Translations under genes and position numbers: made by a program
Notes under the pieces: generated by a model
Seen by the model: only the letters and a program-made list of their open reading frames with translations
Database searches by the model: none
Told to the model about the DNA's origin: nothing
From: Planctopirus limnophila DSM 3776
GTDB lineage: Bacteria > Planctomycetota > Planctomycetia > Planctomycetales > Planctomycetaceae
Reading direction: 5' to 3'
DNA: 32,000 nt
NCBI RefSeq assembly: GCF_000092105.1
Contig: NC_014148.1
Location: forward strand, 2,130,001-2,162,000
Shown: positions 28,701 to 32,000 of the stretch, piece by piece
Layout of the letters: each line of letters begins with the position of its first letter
How positions within the stretch are numbered: the stretch's first letter is position 1

Positions 28701-29016
28701 CGAAACGACGGCCTCTCAAGCGATTGAGCGTGCTCAACTGGCTGCGCAGATCACTGGCGTCCGGCTGATCATCAGCGATTCGAGGATAGAATCGGAAGCC
28801 GATTTTCTCAGGAGTCTTTCAGACCATGCAGGCCAGGCCGAATTTCTGAGAATTGTCGGAGCTGTCTCTGAAGCAGTCTTTAAAGCTGCGGCAGATCTTG
28901 ATCTCAACTGGATCGATGCCCCTTTGACAGCCCATGGCACTACGGAACTTCGATACTGGTTACGAGAACAGAGTGTTTCCCAGACACGACACCGTTACGG
29001 ATTAATCACCGATTGA
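25744..29016 (+). CDS. putA: Bifunctional proline dehydrogenase / 1-pyrroline-5-carboxylate dehydrogenase PutA (no obvious N-terminal RHH DNA-binding domain)
   Basis: The 1090-aa protein has PRODH barrel motifs (LNHLGEAILGEEEA, RLVKGANL, EMLEGMANH, YSPV...YLVRRLDENTAPENF). The aldehyde dehydrogenase half has VVTPPWNFPYAIP, ILKPAPET, the catalytic-Glu region ETSGKNAMVI and the catalytic-Cys region FGHSGQKCSAAS. Confidence 0.9.
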   Translation: MKTLPPPEISVNLIDSASFMESVTQRAEQLLVKSHLAQTSAEKKAAQNVAGMMNDRAGKSLTLAMVDEVFRSHQPARQAQRWQAALNRFGIPGYLPWIDRCLMQIGSLASRIAPGIVMPLVTSRLQSESSNVILDATPSELKRHFATRQNEGFRCNLNHLGEAILGEEEAQHRLKLILGYLANPLVDYVSVKITAIFSQVNIVAWEETSSEICERLRTIFRAALPQGKFVNLDMEEYRDLAITIEAFQTVLDEPEFRQLSAGIVLQAYLPDSFAAQKNLTAWARKRVESGGKDIKVRLVKGANLAMEQVEAELHGWNQAPYPTKADTDANFRRMLEYGCQPEHAEYVRLGVASHNLFDIALVLELRERLGTTERVELEMLEGMANHQARVVRDEAHGLLLYSPVVQKADFFSAMSYLVRRLDENTAPENFLRAAFSLEPDSPTWHEQKQRFEDGWNHRTAVSALSRRIEPRHDPQTMSTFENEPDSDWTQLQVREQLNQAIVNWSNPVLPPLAELDLVLDQAVVSQPAWESRTIEERREILISAANVMRQDRFRTIACMQQEAKKAIWEADAEISEAIDFARYYAMEFEIPASMKAQALGVVVVTPPWNFPYAIPAGGVLAALMAGCSVILKPAPETAVTAYLLASQLWEAGVPRDVLQFFPCEDGEVGKALITDSRVAAVVLTGGWETAQMFRNWRPSLRLYAETSGKNAMVITAQADRELAIKDLVKSAFGHSGQKCSAASLAIVDQEIYHDPAFRRQLRDAAASLFVGPATDRRSVVTPLIRPASPALHRALTILEPGEEWLLEPVQSPQDPCLWSPGIKLGVKPGSWFHLTECFGPVLGIMCSTTLDEAIKWQNATSFGLTAGLHTLDKEEQVYWKDRVEAGNVYINRSTTGAIVRRQPFGGWKRSSIGPGAKAGGPNYNHLFTRLTDRNSFVSPVEIEHSYQKAWNQQYSVSHDPSKLHCERNEFRYRPSRGVILRVGICNETTASQAIERAQLAAQITGVRLIISDSRIESEADFLRSLSDHAGQAEFLRIVGAVSEAVFKAAADLDLNWIDAPLTAHGTTELRYWLREQSVSQTRHRYGLITD

Positions 29017-29064
29017 TGAACGCAGCGGGATCCAATCATTGATCTCGTCTTACATCCACTCCAG

Positions 29065-29116
29065 ACCGGCCAATTCAGGGAGATCAACACTCCTGGGATT
29101 GGCCGGTTTTTGGTTT
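29065..29116 (+). terminator. Rho-independent terminator of putA
   Basis: A 10-bp perfect outer stem, accggccaat (29065-29074) with attggccggt (29098-29107), has a partly paired interior and is followed by tttttggttt. Confidence 0.6.
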
Positions 29117-29525
29117 GATGGGCAGCAAGGATCTTATTGATTGACCGAGACCATGTTTATGGAAACTTAATACAAGTCGTGTCACCCAATTCACAATACA
29201 AGTGTTTATACCTACGGCAAGATGAGTGAAGAGTCAGTAAAATCCGACCATATAGTAACAATCGTCACAACCGGCTTAACCGGAAGAGTCGATAAGTTTG
29301 CTTCCACATGCATATGGTGAATGATCTTACAGACAAGAACTCGCCGATTGATTTCACCTTGTTGACCAGCCCCTGCAACCATTTCTAAAGTCAAACCGAC
29401 GAACGTATACAGATTCAATAAGTTGGATTGATTCATCTGATAGGAATCCGTTCAGTCATCAGCAGGACGGAGGGCCCGATGCAAGGATGTATCGCACATG
29501 AAATGAATTCAAAAGGCTGTTTCCC

Positions 29526-30915
29526 ATGGTACAGGTTCCCCCCATCGCCGTTATTGGTGTCTCATGCCGGATGCCCGGTGGCGACGGTATCGCAGAATAC
29601 TGGAAGCTGATCTCATCGGGATCGAGCGCTATTCGCGAGTTACCTGCTGACCGACTCGATAAGAGCCTCTATTTTGATACGGAGCAGGGGAAACCCGGTC
29701 GCTGTTACACCGATCTGGGAGGCGTCGTTACCGAGCGACCTGTCAATCGACAGATCTGTCCCATCTCAGATAAAGACCTGCAGACGTCTGATACAGCACA
29801 TCTCACACTTTGCGAAGTGGCTTCATCGGCACTGAAACATGCGGGGATGGATCCTGCCAAAGTTCCTTACCGACGAACGGGTGTCTACGTCGGCCATTCC
29901 GGAGGAAGCTGCCTGGGGGGCGATGCAGCCTTTGCCAGATATGTGGGGATTGCAGGGGAGATTCTCCGCAAGCAGGACGAATTCAAAGGCTGCTCACCAT
30001 CCGCCCGGGCCGAGATTTCTCGCCGTATGGTCGATCAACTGCGATCCCAGTTTCCCGACGAAGAATCGCTCAAGCCGATGAATTTTGCAGCGGCGAATGC
30101 CGCCATGCTGATTTCTCGCGTGCATGGTTTCGAAGGTCCATCGCTGGTCATCGATGCCGCTTGTGCCTCATCACTGATGGCATTGAGTCAGGCTTCCTAC
30201 GCCTTGGCACGTGGCGAAATCGATATGGCCGTGGCCGGTGGGGCATCGTACAGCAAGTGGTTTGGCCTCGTTCTGTTTTCGATGGCGATGTCCATCAGTG
30301 CAACCGGGTCAAGACCCTTTGATGCCGACGCCGATGGGCTCATCAGTTCAGACGGTTATGGGCTGGTTGTTCTCAAGACTCTCCCGAAAGCGCTCGCCGA
30401 TGGTGATCGAATTCTGTCGGTCATCCGCGGGATTGGTGTCTCTTCTGATGGACGCGGTAAAAGCCTTTGGGCACCACGCCAGGAAGGACAGATTCTCGCT
30501 GTCGAACGGGCTTACTCGAAGAACATCGACCCCGCGTCGCTGCAATACATCGAATGTCATGCCACATCAACTCAGGTCGGCGATGCCACTGAACTCAAGT
30601 CCCTGGCTCAAGTGCTGACTGGCAAGATCCCGGCTGGTCGAAAAATACCGATTGGAAGCGTGAAGGCTAATATCGGCCATGCTCTCGAGGCCGCAGGGAT
30701 TGCAGGGTTTATCAAAACCGTCCTCGCCATGGAACATGGCGTGATCCCCCCCCAGATCAATTTCAAGACGCCTAATCCTGAAATTGAATGGAAGAACGTA
30801 CCTTTTGAAGTTGCTACTAACGCCAGAGAGTGGGATCGTCCCGCAGGAGGAATGCCGCGACGAGCTGCCGTGAACTCGTTTGGTATCGGTGGGCTCAATG
30901 TCCACATGGTGCTCG
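29526..30915 (+). other. Ketosynthase domain 1 (catalytically complete: Cys-His-His)
   Basis: The active-site Cys lies in DAACASS (TGT 30162-30164). The His residues lie in ECHATST and NIGHALEAAG. Confidence 0.85.
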
Positions 30916-32000
30916 ATGACGGGCTATTGCCGGGTGAAAAATCCAAGACCTCTGTGGCCGTACCATCGGCACAGCCAAACAGCAACGTGGCACCGGCTCC
31001 GGTTCAGCAGCCGATGGCCGTCATTGGCATGGCATCAATCCTTCCCGGTGCTTTGACAAAAGCCGCCCTGTGGGAAGCACTCATCGCCGGCAAAGATCCC
31101 AAGTGCGAGTTTCCCAAAGAAAACAGCACCTTGGCCTCTACACTCCTCGCCGAAGAGCAGAAGTCACAAAAGCCAGAACTGACATCGCGCGGTGGTTACG
31201 TCGCAGATTTCGTTTACGATTGGAAGCGGCATAAAGTTCCACCCAAACAGGTCGCGAATGCCAATCCACTACAGTTCATGCTGCTCGATGCGGCTGACCA
31301 GGCTCTGACAGATGCCGGTTACGAAAAGAAGCCTTTTGATCGCAATCGTTCAACAGTCATTGTCGGAACGATGTTTGGAGGTGACTTTGCTGTTCAACTC
31401 CAGTTGGGTCTGCGTTTGCCACATATCCAAAAGGTGCTGCGCGAACATCTGGAAGCGAATGGCACAAAACCAGATCAGATTGACGAAGCTCTGCTTCAAT
31501 ATGAAAAGCACTTCTTGAAAGTTTTGCCGGCATTACTGGATGAAACTGGCAGTTTCACCAGCAGTACCCTCGCTTCAAGACTTTCGAAAACCTTCGATTT
31601 CCGCGGTGGGGCGTTTGCCCTCGAAGCTGAAGAAGTTTCCGGGCTGGTGGCTGTCAACCTGGGGATCAACATGCTCGAAACCGGCACGACAGATCTCGTT
31701 CTGTGTGCTGCCGGCCATCAATCGATGAGTTACAACAGCTTCGAAAAACTCGTCGAGAAAGATCTTCTGAGCAAAGGCCAATCCCGCTCGGCCTTCGATG
31801 CCGATTTCGATGGCATTCTGCCTGCAGAAGGCGTGGCCGTTCTCGTCCTGAAACGGCTTGCAGATGCCGAACGTGACGGGGATACAATCCGTGCAGTCAT
31901 TCGCGGAACTGGCCAGTGCAACCGTCGTAATGATGAAGCCGGTGCCCTGCGCGAGTCGTTTAACACGGCTCTCAAAGTTGCCAACACGTCACCCAAAGCC
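29526..32000 (+). CDS. Type I polyketide / PUFA-synthase-like protein, N-terminal KS plus KS-like (CLF-like) didomain; partial, continues past the right edge
   Basis: Absent from the ORF track because no stop occurs before the window end. My translation from ATG 29526 (the in-frame TGA at 29499-29501 bounds the upstream side) gives MVQVPPIAVIGVSCRMPGGDGIAEYWKLI...SLVIDAACASSLMAL...IECHATSTQVGD...GSVKANIGHALEAAG...NSFGIGGLNVHMVL. A linker and a second KS-like domain follow (MAVIGMASILPGA...). The frame is open for all 825 codons to position 32000. Confidence 0.88.
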   Translation, partial: MVQVPPIAVIGVSCRMPGGDGIAEYWKLISSGSSAIRELPADRLDKSLYFDTEQGKPGRCYTDLGGVVTERPVNRQICPISDKDLQTSDTAHLTLCEVASSALKHAGMDPAKVPYRRTGVYVGHSGGSCLGGDAAFARYVGIAGEILRKQDEFKGCSPSARAEISRRMVDQLRSQFPDEESLKPMNFAAANAAMLISRVHGFEGPSLVIDAACASSLMALSQASYALARGEIDMAVAGGASYSKWFGLVLFSMAMSISATGSRPFDADADGLISSDGYGLVVLKTLPKALADGDRILSVIRGIGVSSDGRGKSLWAPRQEGQILAVERAYSKNIDPASLQYIECHATSTQVGDATELKSLAQVLTGKIPAGRKIPIGSVKANIGHALEAAGIAGFIKTVLAMEHGVIPPQINFKTPNPEIEWKNVPFEVATNAREWDRPAGGMPRRAAVNSFGIGGLNVHMVLDDGLLPGEKSKTSVAVPSAQPNSNVAPAPVQQPMAVIGMASILPGALTKAALWEALIAGKDPKCEFPKENSTLASTLLAEEQKSQKPELTSRGGYVADFVYDWKRHKVPPKQVANANPLQFMLLDAADQALTDAGYEKKPFDRNRSTVIVGTMFGGDFAVQLQLGLRLPHIQKVLREHLEANGTKPDQIDEALLQYEKHFLKVLPALLDETGSFTSSTLASRLSKTFDFRGGAFALEAEEVSGLVAVNLGINMLETGTTDLVLCAAGHQSMSYNSFEKLVEKDLLSKGQSRSAFDADFDGILPAEGVAVLVLKRLADAERDGDTIRAVIRGTGQCNRRNDEAGALRESFNTALKVANTSPKA
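31014..32000 (+). other. KS-like domain 2 lacking the catalytic cysteine (chain-length-factor-like)
   Basis: The layout is the same as KS1. At the position aligned to DAACASSL the sequence is EAEEVSGL, so the Cys-equivalent codon is GAA (Glu) at 31632-31634. The domain is truncated by the window edge. Confidence 0.7.

Noticed and set aside
29212-29436. 74-aa minus-strand ORF in the AT-rich region upstream of the PKS
   Set aside because: It has no recognisable motif, signal or SD, and it lies in what looks like promoter or leader DNA. It is kept only as a note under the corresponding finding.

Overview
The window reads as a mostly housekeeping chromosomal segment. Gene content suggests a Planctomycetota-like bacterium: a DUF1570-like HExxH protein, many signal-peptide or lipoprotein unknowns, a SEC-C motif and a PUFA-synthase-like PKS. 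That assignment is inference only, since no rRNA or tRNA gene is present to confirm it. I support about 25 protein genes. In order they are nhaA (partial, left edge), an ABC-F uup-like ATPase, a soluble multi-PAS histidine kinase, a DUF1570-like putative metallopeptidase and a secreted unknown. Next come glyQS, miaB, a small membrane protein and a YheT-type alpha/beta hydrolase, then ychF. An AT-rich three-ORF islet follows. After it come an exported katG divergent from oxyR, a membrane zinc-ribbon protein, and a secreted isochorismatase-like/ThuA-like fusion. Then come an LpoB-like lipoprotein with a large partner lipoprotein, and a PAS-AraC regulator divergent from putA. A type I PKS gene runs off the right edge. 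I found no CRISPR array, transposase, integrase, tRNA or rRNA. The ORF track renders TTG and GTG starts as M (checked at 3192, 14200, 15919, 16214, 16203, 23308 and 25603), so several starts were re-picked. There are three main candidates for something new. (1) The terminator-flanked AT-rich islet at 15.4-16.5 kb encodes a stand-alone EF-Tu domain-II-like protein, apparently translationally coupled to a small membrane protein, next to a 30-codon SEC-C micro-ORF. (2) The KS plus Cys-less KS-like (CLF-like) didomain PKS starting at 29526 resembles PfaC/HglCD and is probably the first gene of a secondary-lipid cluster continuing outside the window. (3) The Tat-lipobox LpoB-like and ~470-aa lipoprotein pair lies at 22.6-24.8 kb. 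All family assignments come from motif recognition by eye; no searches were run.
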